DNA of 64,000 bases from Candidatus Marinacidobacterales bacterium (lineage in GTDB: Bacteria > Acidobacteriota > Vicinamibacteria > Marinacidobacterales > SMYC01). This document shows positions 32,493 through 42,779 of the stretch, in pieces (within the stretch, counting starts at the first letter, position 1; every line of letters begins with the position of its first letter). The position numbers and the translations under genes are program-made. Below the pieces are notes generated by a model. That model was not told the DNA's origin. It made no database searches and saw nothing but the letters and a program-made list of their open reading frames with translations. The DNA lies in the NCBI GenBank assembly GCA_965237955.1, contig OZ250169.1:4320001-4384000 (forward strand), read 5' to 3'.

Positions 32493-33392
32493 CTACTTAC
32501 TCTGCGAGATCACATCTTCGAGCGCGTCCGACAGATCCGGATACTTGAACTCGTAGCCGGCGAAGAGGAGCTTTTTGGGAAGTGCCCGTTGGCCCTCGAG
32601 GAGGATTTGGGCCATTTCGCCGAACAGGATCTTCAGGGCGAATGCGGGGGCGGGCAGGAACGCCGGTCGGTGAAGCGCCCGGCCAAGCGCTTTGGAGAAA
32701 TCCGCGTTGGTGGCCGGGTTTGGTGACGTTCCGTTCACGGCTCCCACGAGGTCGTCGTTGGCCATCACGTAGCGGAACGCGCCGACGATGTCGTCGATAT
32801 GGACCCACGGCATCCACTGCTTGCCGCTTCCAATCGGTCCTCCCACGCCGAGCTTGAAGGGCAGGAGCATTTGTCCGAGGGCACCACCTTTCGTCGACAA
32901 AACGATGCCGGTACGCATGCACACGGCGCGGATGCCGAGCCCGAGCGCGTCCATCGTCGCTTTCTCCCACTCCCGGCAGACATCCGGCAGAAATCCTTCA
33001 CCCGGCGGGGCGGATTCGTCGAGCTCGGTGTCGCCGCCATCACCGTAGAAGCCCACGGCGGACGCCGACACGAGAAGTTTTGGCGGGTTCTTCAGGCTCT
33101 TGAGCCCTTCCACGATAAGCTTCGTCCCACGAACGCGGCTTTGTCGAATGGCCTGCTTGCGTGCTTCATTCCATCGCGTGGCTACCGGCTCGCCGGCGAG
33201 ATGGATCACGGCGTCGACGCCCTCGAGACCGCTCGCGTCGAAACGACCCTTGTCCACGTCCCAGGTGATCGTCTCCAGAGGCGGGAGGCTCGCCCGACGC
33301 GTCAGCGCAGCCACCTCATGCCCGTCGCTCGTCAAGCTCGAACGCAGCGCCGTTCCAATAAGGCCGGAAACGCCGCTGATCACGACTTTCAT
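32493..33392 (-). CDS. TIGR01777 family oxidoreductase (YfcH-like epimerase)
   Basis: GVSGLIG, IHLAGE, SASAVGFYG, GGPIGSGKQWMPWVHIDD. Confidence 0.93.
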   Translation of the reverse strand: MKVVISGVSGLIGTALRSSLTSDGHEVAALTRRASLPPLETITWDVDKGRFDASGLEGVDAVIHLAGEPVATRWNEARKQAIRQSRVRGTKLIVEGLKSLKNPPKLLVSASAVGFYGDGGDTELDESAPPGEGFLPDVCREWEKATMDALGLGIRAVCMRTGIVLSTKGGALGQMLLPFKLGVGGPIGSGKQWMPWVHIDDIVGAFRYVMANDDLVGAVNGTSPNPATNADFSKALGRALHRPAFLPAPAFALKILFGEMAQILLEGQRALPKKLLFAGYEFKYPDLSDALEDVISQSK

Positions 33393-33678
33393 CACGGACG
33401 TCCCGGGCCTGCTTCTACCGCTCCGCTCACAACGGCAACGATACCACGCCCACGGGCTGGCCGATGGCCGATGGCGCAGCTAGAACAGACTCACAAAGCT
33501 CACGGCAAAGACAGGCCCCGCCGGCCAATTCCGACCCCGCACGGAGACTGGTACGGTAACTTCCACGTAGCATCGAGGCGGCATTATCCTGTGAGCGCCG
33601 GGCAAGCCGGTGTGAGGAACTTAATACAGGTTCGTTTGCGAGCGCGATAGTGTCGAAGGCAAAGGGAGTCTACATCTG

Positions 33679-34736
33679 ATGCTGAAACGTCTCGTGCCCT
33701 TATTTGTTGTCGTCATCGGCGTCGCCGCGACCGCGATCGCCCAATGCCTCATCCCGCAGAATCTGATCGTGAGCGGTGGGCTCGGCAAAGACGGCATCCC
33801 TGCCTTGACCAACCCGGCAGTCGTACCGGCGGAGACCGCCACCACGTTTCTCGTGCCCGAGGATCTGGTGCTCGGCGTCGTCATCAACGGTGAAGCCAGA
33901 GCGTATCCGCACGGCGTGCTGTGGTGGCACGAGATCATCAACGACGTTCTCGGGGGCCGGCCGATCCTCGTGAGTTTCTGCCCGCTGACGGGAAGCGGCA
34001 TCGTCTCCGACCCCGACTTGAACGGCCAGCTTCATAACTTCGGCGTCTCAGGGCTTCTCTTCGACAACAACTTGATCATGTTCGACCGCACTACCGACTC
34101 GCTCTGGTCGCAGATGCGACTCGATAGTATTTGCGGCGATTTGTCGGGAACGCGGCCGCCGCTTCTTCCCGTCGTCCAGTCCACCTGGGCCGCGTGGAAG
34201 GCGATGCACCCGACGACCACGGCAGTGAGCTTCGATACCGGCTTCAGCCGGGACTACAACCGCTACCCCTACGGCGACTACGACCGCGTCGACAACGCCC
34301 AGCTGCTGTTCCCGCAAACGACCGTCGATCCCAGACTGCCGACGAAGGAGAACGTTCTCGGGATTACCCATGGCGGGATCTCGCGCGCGTACTCGATGAC
34401 CCGGATGGGGAGTGTTGCGGCGCGGGGCGCGATCAACGACGTGGTGAACGGGCTTTCGGTGCTGGTCGTCTTCGACGGCCCGTCCGAGCTCGCGATGCCG
34501 TTCGATCGTACCCGCGAGAGCGGAGAGGTGTTGACGTTCCAGCTCGCGGAAGACGCCGGCTTTCCGTTTTCGCTGCGCGACCAGGAAACGGGGTCGCTGT
34601 GGAACCTGAACGGTGTCGCCGTGTCGGGCCTATTGGAGGCGAGCGACTCAGGAAGATTCCTGCATTCACCGCGTTCTGGTTCGCCTGGGCGGCGTTCAAC
34701 CCTGGAACGGAGATTTACTCGTTAATAGGTGAGTGA
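33679..34736 (+). CDS. DUF3179 domain protein, frameshift near 34630
   Basis: KDGIPAL, ARAYP, WHEIIND, FCPLTGSG, FGVSGLL, TDSLWSQ; C-terminal FWFAWAAF lies in another frame. Confidence 0.85.
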
Positions 34737-36606
34737 TCGCTCGCACCGCAATTGGGATCGCGAGCACGAGAAAAAAGTACGCCGGCATTACGAAACGAGG
34801 CATCTCGCCTGAGGGGAAGTTCTGGATGTAAGCAAACGGGATGAGGTGACAAAAATAAGCGGCCGGCAGGAATCGATGCTCCGATCGAATACTGAGCAAA
34901 AGCCCGAGTGCTCCCAATCCAAGCGTTGCGGCGTTCAGGAACGGAAACAATTGTAGCCCTCTCCAAAACGTCTTGACGGGCAACGCTGTCAGGCCCAAGA
35001 AGCTTCCCTTCGCCACCGCTCCCGCTCGACCAAACTCCGTGAAGTAGCGACTGAAGGACACCGGGCCTTCGCTCGCATCGAGCCCCTCGGCCCGCATCCA
35101 AAACTCGGTGTGAAAACTCACCGCGTAGAACGGATCACCGTGTGCCACGGCGTTCGTCACCAGAAACGGGCCGACGAGCACCAGTAGTATGACGAGTGCG
35201 AGCCCGCCGTATTCGATCCGTTCGCGTCACGAAAGCGGCCAAAGCCTTAGTGCCAGAAGGGGCACGACCACGCTCAGCGCGCTCAAACGGATGAGACAGA
35301 GCAATCCAGACAGAGCACCCGACCACGCTCGGCCGCGCCGGCCCGCGGACAACAAGAACATCGCGGCCACCGCTGCGAGCAGGAAGAACGCATAGGCGCT
35401 CATGCGGTAACCGCTCGGCGCTTCGAGAATGAGCCATTCGTGGAGTGCTACCGGCACGAGAAGGCCTGTGGCCCACCAAATGCCGTGGAGCCTCTTTGCG
35501 ATCAAGAAGAACAGGACGAGGGCTGCGGAGGAGAAGAAAAAACTCTGGATGAGGATCCCGATCTCGCCGCCGGCAAGTTTCAGGAACGGTACGCTCAACG
35601 CGATGTAGAACGGCTCGCGGAACGAAGGCGCGTAAAATGAGCGCAACGAGAACGTCTCTGCCCTTTCGAGGTAGCTCCGGACGTCCGCGCGGTAGGGATC
35701 GTCGGGCGCGTTGGCGGGGTTGAACACGCCATAGTTCGGAACCCAGTGCCTGAGGTGCACGTGAGCGTCTTGACCCGAGTGGACCAAGAGAGCGTCGAAT
35801 CGCAAAAGGCTTCCATAAAGAATGATGACCGTGGCTGCGGTCGCCGGAACCCAGCGGCGCTCGAAAATCTGGACGCGGTACGGGGCGATCCGGGCGAGCC
35901 ATGTCGAAAACGCCCAGAACCAAAGGGTGAATAGCACGAGCGTCGCGTGGGCGCTCAGCCGTTGTGGCTTCCGGCTTTCCCCAGAGGGTGCCCGCAGGAA
36001 ATACTCCATCGGCAAGAGCTCGACAAAAGCCGGAGTGTTCCACCCGAATCGAAGCCGCGCGGGCCCACCGAGCTGTCGATAGACGAGAGAGAAGGAAAGC
36101 TCGCCGCGCTCGAGCACGAGCGTTTGGGTGCCACGAAAACGGGCTTCACCTATGACGATGTTGCATCCGTCGTCGCAGTCGACGTCGAATCGATAGTCGC
36201 CGTCTCCCGGAACTTCGAGCACGGCTTCCGACCGCAGCGTCACGTTGCGCCGGCGTCCGCTCAGACGTCTAAGATCGCGCCGTCGGTCGAGCTGCAGCGA
36301 ATCCGTAATCACGGTGCGATCACCATCCAGCGTCACCGCGAGCGAAAGGGGCGGGTGCAAAGCGCCGGCGCGCGCGAACGCGAGCACGGCGAACGAAAGC
36401 GCGAGCGCTGCGGCGAGGATCGAATCGCGTGCCCCGAGGCGCCTCCCGTTTTGCTTGGGCGTCAACAGGAAGATGGCCGCGAGGAGGAGCAGGATCCAGC
36501 GGAACGCAATTTCCGGAACGATGAAGGGACCGAACCGCGCTCCTTGCTGAGAGAGAAGTGCGACCGCCGCGAGAAGCGTCGGCGCCAGTATCCTCACTCG
36601 GTCCAT
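34696..36606 (-). pseudogene. PA14-domain, GT-C-like membrane protein, frameshift near 35200-35230
   Basis: PA14-like GDYRFDVDCDDG..YRQLGGPARLRFGW; TM-rich remainder continues in ORF 34696..35181. Confidence 0.65.
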
Positions 36607-37322
36607 TGAGGCTCGCCGTCGGGGAGCTTTCTCTGGAAGTCCTCGAACGCGCGCTCCACGGTGTCGCGCTCCTTGCCGTCGAACGTTACCTTCGTCTCGT
36701 AGGTGGGATCTTGCCAGCGTGGATACGAGCCGATGTCGACGTTCGGGTGCTCGGCGACGGTGCTATCCAGGATTGGTTTCAAGCGCGCCTCGTCGAGCTT
36801 CGTGAACACAGCGCGGCTCACGAACGGGACGTCACCTTTCAGATGCTCGGCAACGATGTCGAGCTTCATCTGGAAGATTTCGGGAACTCCGGGGAGAATC
36901 CAGACGTTGCGAAAAACGGTGAGCGGCCAGGCAGAGCGGTCGATGTACAGCTGCTCGGCGCCCTCGGGGACGTTTGCAAGCAACAGGTGATTGTCGGTGA
37001 CTGCCGGACCGTAGTGGTCGCGGAGAAGCCTTTCCAGCCGCGGCTCGCGGACGACGTCCACTCCGAAAGCGCTTGCGATGGCGGCCATGGTGACGTCGTC
37101 GTGAGTGGGCCCGACGCCGCCGCTGGTGAAGATGTGGTCGAAGCCGTGCGAGAGTGCGAGGACCTCTTTGGCGATCGTCGACACATCGTCAGGAACGACG
37201 AGAACGCGCGCGAGCTCGACCCCGAGGCCGCGGAGCAACCGCGCCAGCGCGTAGACGTTCGTTTCTTGAATCTTGCCGCCGAGGATTTCGTTCCCGATGA
37301 TGAGCGCGGCCGCGGTCTGCAT
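36594..37322 (-). CDS. CinA-like molybdopterin-binding domain protein
   Basis: IIGNEILGGKIQETN, TSGGVGPTHDDVT, LPGVP, IGSYP. Confidence 0.9.
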   Translation of the reverse strand: MQTAAALIIGNEILGGKIQETNVYALARLLRGLGVELARVLVVPDDVSTIAKEVLALSHGFDHIFTSGGVGPTHDDVTMAAIASAFGVDVVREPRLERLLRDHYGPAVTDNHLLLANVPEGAEQLYIDRSAWPLTVFRNVWILPGVPEIFQMKLDIVAEHLKGDVPFVSRAVFTKLDEARLKPILDSTVAEHPNVDIGSYPRWQDPTYETKVTFDGKERDTVERAFEDFQRKLPDGEPQWTE

Positions 37323-37355
37323 GGCGCACTCAGCGTACCGATAACGGACAGACAA

Positions 37356-38258
37356 TCATTGGGCTACTCGGCGGAGAACCGGTGGCGGCAGGCACGTGAG
37401 GGTGACGACGCTCCCATCCCGCGCGGGGTGGGGAAAGCGGATGGAACCTGCGTGAAGGAAATATCCCAGATCGCCGGGGAGCGAGCTCGTCGAGGCGTCC
37501 GGCACGCCGCCCGCCGGGTAGAGCGGATCTCCCTCGAGCGGATATCCCAGAGCGGCCAAGTGAATGCGAATCTGGTGGGTGCGACCGGTCTCGATCGTCA
37601 CTTCCACGAGCGATGTCGACTCGCGATGTTCCAGCAGCCGCACGTGGCTTGCGGCGTGCTTGCCGTCGGGGTTGACGGCGGCCACGCTCCCGAGACGCGC
37701 GTGGGGCACCGGGCCGATGGGCTCGTCGACACTAACCTCCCGCCACGGTGGCCTGCCGTCGACGAGCCCGACGTAGTTCCGCTCCACCGCGCCCGCCTGC
37801 CAGGCGTCCGTGAGGTAGCGGCGGGCAATCTTTCTGCGCGCAAAGAGAGTAATCCCCGAAGTGCCCCGCCCAAGCCGATGAAGCGGCGAAGCCGCTGGAT
37901 CGTACGCCGCCACGCGCCTTAAAAGCGTGCGCTCGAGAAAACCCCCGCCCGGCATCGCCGCCAACCCACGAGGCTTCGCCACCGCTAAAACGTCCGCATC
38001 CCGATAGAGCACGCCGAAGCTCGAAGGCGCCTCCGGCTCCACCCAAGGCGGCCGGTGCCACCCGAGAACCGCTCCAGGAGAGAGCTTCGTCGACGCCTCA
38101 ACCGGGGAGCCGTCCACGAACACACGCCCCGCCTCAATCCGCTGACCCCAAGCGTCCACAGAAGAATGCGGATACCGCTTGACGAGGTAGTCCAACACCG
38201 TGACCCCCGAAGCCGACCCATCCAGACGTTCCGAATAGCGATACCCGCCGTTGAGCAT
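37356..38258 (-). CDS. RluA family pseudouridine synthase
   Basis: AVAKPRGL, HRLGRGTSG, ETGRTHQIRIH, GDPLY; the usual catalytic HRLD reads HRLG. Confidence 0.85.
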   Translation of the reverse strand: MLNGGYRYSERLDGSASGVTVLDYLVKRYPHSSVDAWGQRIEAGRVFVDGSPVEASTKLSPGAVLGWHRPPWVEPEAPSSFGVLYRDADVLAVAKPRGLAAMPGGGFLERTLLRRVAAYDPAASPLHRLGRGTSGITLFARRKIARRYLTDAWQAGAVERNYVGLVDGRPPWREVSVDEPIGPVPHARLGSVAAVNPDGKHAASHVRLLEHRESTSLVEVTIETGRTHQIRIHLAALGYPLEGDPLYPAGGVPDASTSSLPGDLGYFLHAGSIRFPHPARDGSVVTLTCLPPPVLRRVAQ

Positions 38259-38320
38259 GGCTAGATCCTGCGGAATCTGCACCGCGTCTGCAACCGACTG
38301 GATGCTGGATGCTAACGCAA

Positions 38321-39136
38321 CTAGGGCTTTTGCCCAATCACGTACGCAATCCAAGCCTCTTCGTCGCCCCCACGCTCGACGCGACGGAAAACGCCGTTCC
38401 CTTCATCCGTCTCTTTGTCCGTCCCTTCCCACAGAACGTGAATACCCTGGAAGCCCGCATCCTCCATGAGCTCCCGCATTTCCGGCAACGTCCACAAACG
38501 CCAATCGTAGATGAACGCGTTTTTCATCTTCGAACCGTCTTTGAACGCGAAGTGGATCTTGCACACGATGTGGTGGTTGATCGGGTCGAAATCCGCCTGG
38601 TGCCAAACATACGTGGCGCCCTTCACCTTTTTTTTCTCTTTCATGAGAAATTGAGCCTGGCCTCCGCCCCACGCGTCGAGCGCGAACAGACCTCCCGGCT
38701 TCAAGGCTTTGAAGGCGTTCTGGATGTAAGCGGCAAAGCCTTTTCGCGTCTTGAACACCGAGTAGCTGAAGTTCAAGCCGGCAATCACGTCCGCCTTCGG
38801 GTCTCTCACATCGAGGACGTTGGCCTGGACGAGCGAAATCCTCTTCTGCTGCTCGGGCTCGAGGGAGCTCACGTTGTGCTTGCGCGCCCACGCGAGCGTC
38901 GGGCCGTGGAGATCGACGCCGATGGCGTGGTTGTCACGATGCCGGCGGACGAACTCGCACGAGAGGATGGCGCTGCCGCAGAAGTCCTCACGAAACATAC
39001 GAAGTGGCCTTCCGGTGTACTTCTTGTAGTAGCGCGCGAAAAAGTGGGCATCTTCTTCCGGAGCCTGGACGCTTTCCTGATAGAGGATGTGTTTGTCGGC
39101 GGTGCGAGCGATTGGCTTGGCTTTTTTCTTGGCCAT
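38321..39136 (-). CDS. Class I SAM-dependent methyltransferase
   Basis: LYQESVQ, REDFCGSA, GVDL, LKPGGLF, YDWRLWTLPE. Confidence 0.85.
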   Translation of the reverse strand: MAKKKAKPIARTADKHILYQESVQAPEEDAHFFARYYKKYTGRPLRMFREDFCGSAILSCEFVRRHRDNHAIGVDLHGPTLAWARKHNVSSLEPEQQKRISLVQANVLDVRDPKADVIAGLNFSYSVFKTRKGFAAYIQNAFKALKPGGLFALDAWGGGQAQFLMKEKKKVKGATYVWHQADFDPINHHIVCKIHFAFKDGSKMKNAFIYDWRLWTLPEMRELMEDAGFQGIHVLWEGTDKETDEGNGVFRRVERGGDEEAWIAYVIGQKP

Positions 39137-39154
39137 GAGGAAGCCCGAGGAGGA

Positions 39155-39571
39155 CTAGTGAACCGTGTAGGGCTCGCTCAACGTAAACGGTGCGATGGTC
39201 GCGTCGAAGGTCGCGCCGTCGTCGACCAGCATCTGATAGGTGCCGCGCATGGAACCGAACGGCGTCGACAGATGGCAGCCGGAAGAGTACTCGAACGCCT
39301 CACCTGCTTCGAGGGTCGGCTGCTCGCCGACAACGCCATCCCCTCTCACCTCATCGACGTCGCCATCGGCATTCTCGATGATCCAATGACGCGTGAGAAG
39401 CTGGACAGTCTTTTCGCCTTCGTTCGAGATGGTGACCGTATAGATGAAGAACCAGCGATTCTGCTCGGGATGCGACTGCTCTCGCGAATAGCGCGACACT
39501 ACACGCACCCGAACGCCGCGGGTAACGGCTTCGGAGGTGAACTCGTTCTGTCGTCGTTCTAGATTCGTCAA
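39155..39571 (-). CDS. apaG: ApaG protein
   Basis: YTVTISNEG, QLLTRHWII, GDGVVGEQP, GSMRGTY. Confidence 0.95.
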   Translation of the reverse strand: MTNLERRQNEFTSEAVTRGVRVRVVSRYSREQSHPEQNRWFFIYTVTISNEGEKTVQLLTRHWIIENADGDVDEVRGDGVVGEQPTLEAGEAFEYSSGCHLSTPFGSMRGTYQMLVDDGATFDATIAPFTLSEPYTVH

Positions 39572-39774
39572 CGGCCGTGCATGCTATCACGGTAGGCACC
39601 AGTGCCCCAACCCGGCTAGTGCGTTCACGCCGTGCCCGTGCCAGATCGCCTCGGTTGCGCGCAGTTTACGTCAACACCGGGCACGTGGACCAGACCCACA
39701 GATCGTGTGGAAAACTTTGTGGAAAAGCTGTGGTGCTGAGGGTCCGCGACCCTATTGATAAGGGACTTATACCG

Positions 39775-40963
39775 CTAGTCCCATGGAACAGAAAAAGCTA
39801 GACAACACTGGCACTTCTGTGATCTGCTAAATGCATGAAACACAAGGGCCGGCGAAAAGCCGAATTGAAGCTGTCGTCTCAAGAAAGCGAAGCGCTGACG
39901 CGACTGGCGCGACGCAGCCGTAGTTCGCCGCACCAAGCCTTCCGAGCGAAGATCGTGCTGGATTGCGCGGCGGGTCTGACGAATATGGAAGTTGCTAGGA
40001 AGATGCACACCATGAGGAGCACGGTGGGCAAGTGGCGAAGACGCTTTGTAGAACAACGAATGGAAGGGTTGTACGACGAACCTCGGCCGGGAGCGGCTCG
40101 CAAAATCGGCGATGACCAGATCGAGGAAGTCGTGACCAAGACGCTGGCGACGACTCCAAAGGGGAGAACCCATTGGAGTACGCGCTCGATGGCCAAGCAT
40201 CTTGGGCTGAGTCATTCGACGATTGGACGTATTTGGCGAACGTTCGGGCTTCAACCGCACCGCTCGGAATCGTTTCGTCTCTCGCAAGACCCACAACTGG
40301 TCGAAAAAGTACGCGACGTTGTTGGCCTGTATATGAACCCACCGGATAACGCGGTCGTCCTGTGCGTCGACGAGAAATCGCAGATTCAAGCGCTCGAGCG
40401 TGCTCAACCTGTCCTGCCCATGAGCTTGGGCCAGCCCGAGCGACAAACCCACGACTACATTCGGCATGGAACGACTGACCTGTTTGCCGCACTCGACGCC
40501 GCAACAGGTGAAGTCTTCGGAAAGTGCTACGCGCGACATCGAGCGCTAGAGTTCAAGAAGTTCCTCGCTGAGATCGAAGCAGCCGTTCCCAGCGAGTTGG
40601 ACATCCACGTCGTGCTCGACAATCTCGCCACGCACAAGACACCGGCGATCAAACGCTGGCTTTCCAAGCGACCTCGGTTCCACTTTCACTTCACACCGAC
40701 ACACGCCTCTTGGCTCAACTTCGCTGAGCGCTTCTTTGGCTTGCTCACCGAACACGCCTTGCGACGAGGCTCGCACACGAGCGTGCCTCAGCTCCGCGTT
40801 GCGATACAAGACTATCTCGATGCTCACAACGAGAACCCAAAGCCGTTCAAGTGGACGAAATCCGCCGACCAAATCCTCGAAACCATCGCTCGGTTCGCCC
40901 AGCGAACGCTCGATACACATGGCAAATCGAATTTGGACAGTAATTAAAGATCCAGGGGACTAG
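39775..40963 (+). mobile_element. IS630 family element, copy 1 (1189 bp)
   Basis: CTAGTCCC...GGGACTAG ends; near-identical to 57639..58827. Confidence 0.95.
39835..40947 (+). CDS. IS630 family transposase
   Basis: HTH N-terminus, [27 protein letters not shown] (DDE). Confidence 0.96.
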   Translation: MKHKGRRKAELKLSSQESEALTRLARRSRSSPHQAFRAKIVLDCAAGLTNMEVARKMHTMRSTVGKWRRRFVEQRMEGLYDEPRPGAARKIGDDQIEEVVTKTLATTPKGRTHWSTRSMAKHLGLSHSTIGRIWRTFGLQPHRSESFRLSQDPQLVEKVRDVVGLYMNPPDNAVVLCVDEKSQIQALERAQPVLPMSLGQPERQTHDYIRHGTTDLFAALDAATGEVFGKCYARHRALEFKKFLAEIEAAVPSELDIHVVLDNLATHKTPAIKRWLSKRPRFHFHFTPTHASWLNFAERFFGLLTEHALRRGSHTSVPQLRVAIQDYLDAHNENPKPFKWTKSADQILETIARFAQRTLDTHGKSNLDSN

Positions 40964-41092
40964 TCCCCTGGATCTTTGATTACTATACAAAGTTAGGCTT
41001 TTCGCCAGCCCATAATATTCATAAGATTCATGCACTTAGAAGGGTTCCGGCAAGCTCTGCTTTATCTAGTTTGTTCTGATACAGGGGACTAG
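40960..41092 (-). mobile_element. 133-bp IS630-derived MITE, tail-to-tail with IS630 copy 1
   Basis: CTAGTCCCCTGGATC / GATACAGGGGACTAG ends; minus strand resembles the IS630 left end and first transposase codons (GGGCTGGCGAAAAGCC vs GGGCCGGCGAAAAGCC). Confidence 0.85.
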
Positions 41093-41647
41093 CTTAACAA
41101 CCCCATAAGGGCGATAGTGGAACACGGAAGCCGCTAGGAAACAGGGAAATCCGCCGCCGCTACATGGCTGGGCTGCTGGCGCAGCCCACAGCGCCCGAAC
41201 TCACCGAGGCCGGGCTCGTCCGGCTGTCTCCCAACGGGAGACACGATGACTTATTACGATCCACACCGCGTACCTCAGCCGTTGTAAATAAACGACTTGC
41301 TTAGAAAACGCCCGCTACCACGCACCAAAAAAATCAAACCTAAGCCGCAGGACGGTGACGACGAGCGGAAGCGCCATGCCAAATCCAGCCTCGCCGCCCA
41401 CCGAAAGCGGCGGGCGCGTGTCAAGCCGTAGGTATAAGTCCCATTGATAAAGGCCGAGCAACAATCTGCACAGTTCTTGAGCAAATCTTCTTAGGTGGAA
41501 AGGGCGTGTTTCACGGGGTTTGTAAGGAGTAATCGCGTTTTGTGCGCGGGATCGAAAGCCACGCGTTCTTATCGTGACGGAACCAACCGAGGCCGGTTCT
41601 CTTGTGTAAAACTGCTCGGAAACCTGCGAATTTTCGGAGTACCGCGC

Positions 41648-42652
41648 CTACTCCGCCGCACGCTGTTCCTGGTCTTTCCGGAGCTCTTGGCTGAGCTGAT
41701 AAACGGCCATCGCGTAGTACGTGCTGTGGTTGTATCGCGTGATGACGTAGAAGTTATCGAACCCGAGCCAATACTCGGCACCGTCGCGGTTTTCGAGCGT
41801 GAGCGGGATGGCGCGTTTCGTGCCCGCAAACGCCCCTGGGGCGGTCACGCCTCGCCGCTTGAGCTCTTCCAAGCTGAAACGCGTCGACAGTTTCGATGCT
41901 TCGAATGGGGGTTTGGCTTGTGTGCCTTCGAGGATAGCGGGCGCTGCGACTGGCTCGTTCCGCTGCCACCCGTGAGCGGTCAGGTAGTTGGCAACACTAC
42001 CGATGGCGTCGGTGGTGTTGTCGAACAAATCGCGCTTGCCATCTCCGTCGAAGTCGACCGCGTAGCGCCGATAGCTTCCCGGCATGAACTGCGCGATGCC
42101 CATCGCGCCGGCGTACGAGCCGAGGGGAGTTCCGAGCTGCATCGACTCTTCGCGCGCCAAAAGCAGATAGTGCTCCAGCTCCAGGCGAAACAGGGAAGCC
42201 CTCGCGGGGTAGTCGAAGGCGAGTGTCGTCAATGCCTCGAGAACTTTGAAACGGCCAGTATGGCGGCCGTAATGTGTCTCGACGCCGATGACGGCGACGA
42301 CGATTTCTTCGGGAACCCCGTACTTTTCGCTAGCGAGTGCGAGCTGGGCGCGATTCGATTGCCAGAACCGGCGGCCTCCGGTGATTTTCTCGTTGTTGAT
42401 GAACAGAGACCGGTAGTCGTCCCAGGGCTTTCGCTTCGTCTGCTTGTTCATGAGCTCGACGATCCGGGGGCGAAAACGGGTGTCTCCGAACACTTCCTGG
42501 AGCTCAGCGTGGTCGAATCCGTGTTTGTCGGCCATTTCCGCGATGAACGACTGCACCGCCTGCGATTGCGAGCGTGTTTGGGAGATCGCGGGCGGAACGT
42601 TGCCAAGCGCCACCAGCGTGATGACGTAGATACTTCGTTGGAACATCATCAA
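41648..42652 (-). CDS. mltB: Lytic murein transglycosylase B
   Basis: IVVAVIGVETHYG, ALTTLAFDYP, GSYAGAMGIAQFMPGSY, DFDGDG, ITRYNHS. Confidence 0.95.
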   Translation of the reverse strand: MMMFQRSIYVITLVALGNVPPAISQTRSQSQAVQSFIAEMADKHGFDHAELQEVFGDTRFRPRIVELMNKQTKRKPWDDYRSLFINNEKITGGRRFWQSNRAQLALASEKYGVPEEIVVAVIGVETHYGRHTGRFKVLEALTTLAFDYPARASLFRLELEHYLLLAREESMQLGTPLGSYAGAMGIAQFMPGSYRRYAVDFDGDGKRDLFDNTTDAIGSVANYLTAHGWQRNEPVAAPAILEGTQAKPPFEASKLSTRFSLEELKRRGVTAPGAFAGTKRAIPLTLENRDGAEYWLGFDNFYVITRYNHSTYYAMAVYQLSQELRKDQEQRAAE

Positions 42653-42779
42653 CGGTGGCTCAAACAGCGGCGCAGTCCTCTAAAGCCCTTGTATGGTTGG
42701 CTTGTACGTATTATAACTCACGATTCATGGAGATCATCCCGACCGGTGGCGCGCTCGGCGACGCTCCCTTTCTCGAGCT

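Larger units (their letters stand above)
39762..41442. mobile_element. Non-autonomous IS1595-like element (about 360 bp native) hosting IS630 and an IS630 MITE in its left IR
   Basis: Terminal IR GGGACTTATACC (39762-39773) / GGTATAAGTCCC (41431-41442); 8-bp TSD ATTGATAA at 39754-39761 and 41443-41450. Confidence 0.75.

Noticed and set aside
33679-34736. DUF3179 gene as a second selenoprotein
   Set aside because: No in-frame TGA at a redox position; the motif has Cys (FCPLTG) and the break is a frameshift.
39706-39733. TGTGGAAAA x2 plus TGTGG at about 11-nt spacing, as oriC DnaA boxes or MraZ boxes
   Set aside because: Only two one-mismatch boxes, no clear unwinding element, and no dnaA, dnaN or mraZ nearby; insufficient support.
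39754-41450. loxP-like tyrosine recombinase sites (12-8-12 palindrome formed on circularisation)
   Set aside because: The outer arms are not symmetric, and the same pattern is more simply explained as terminal IRs plus an 8-bp TSD of an IS1595-like element.
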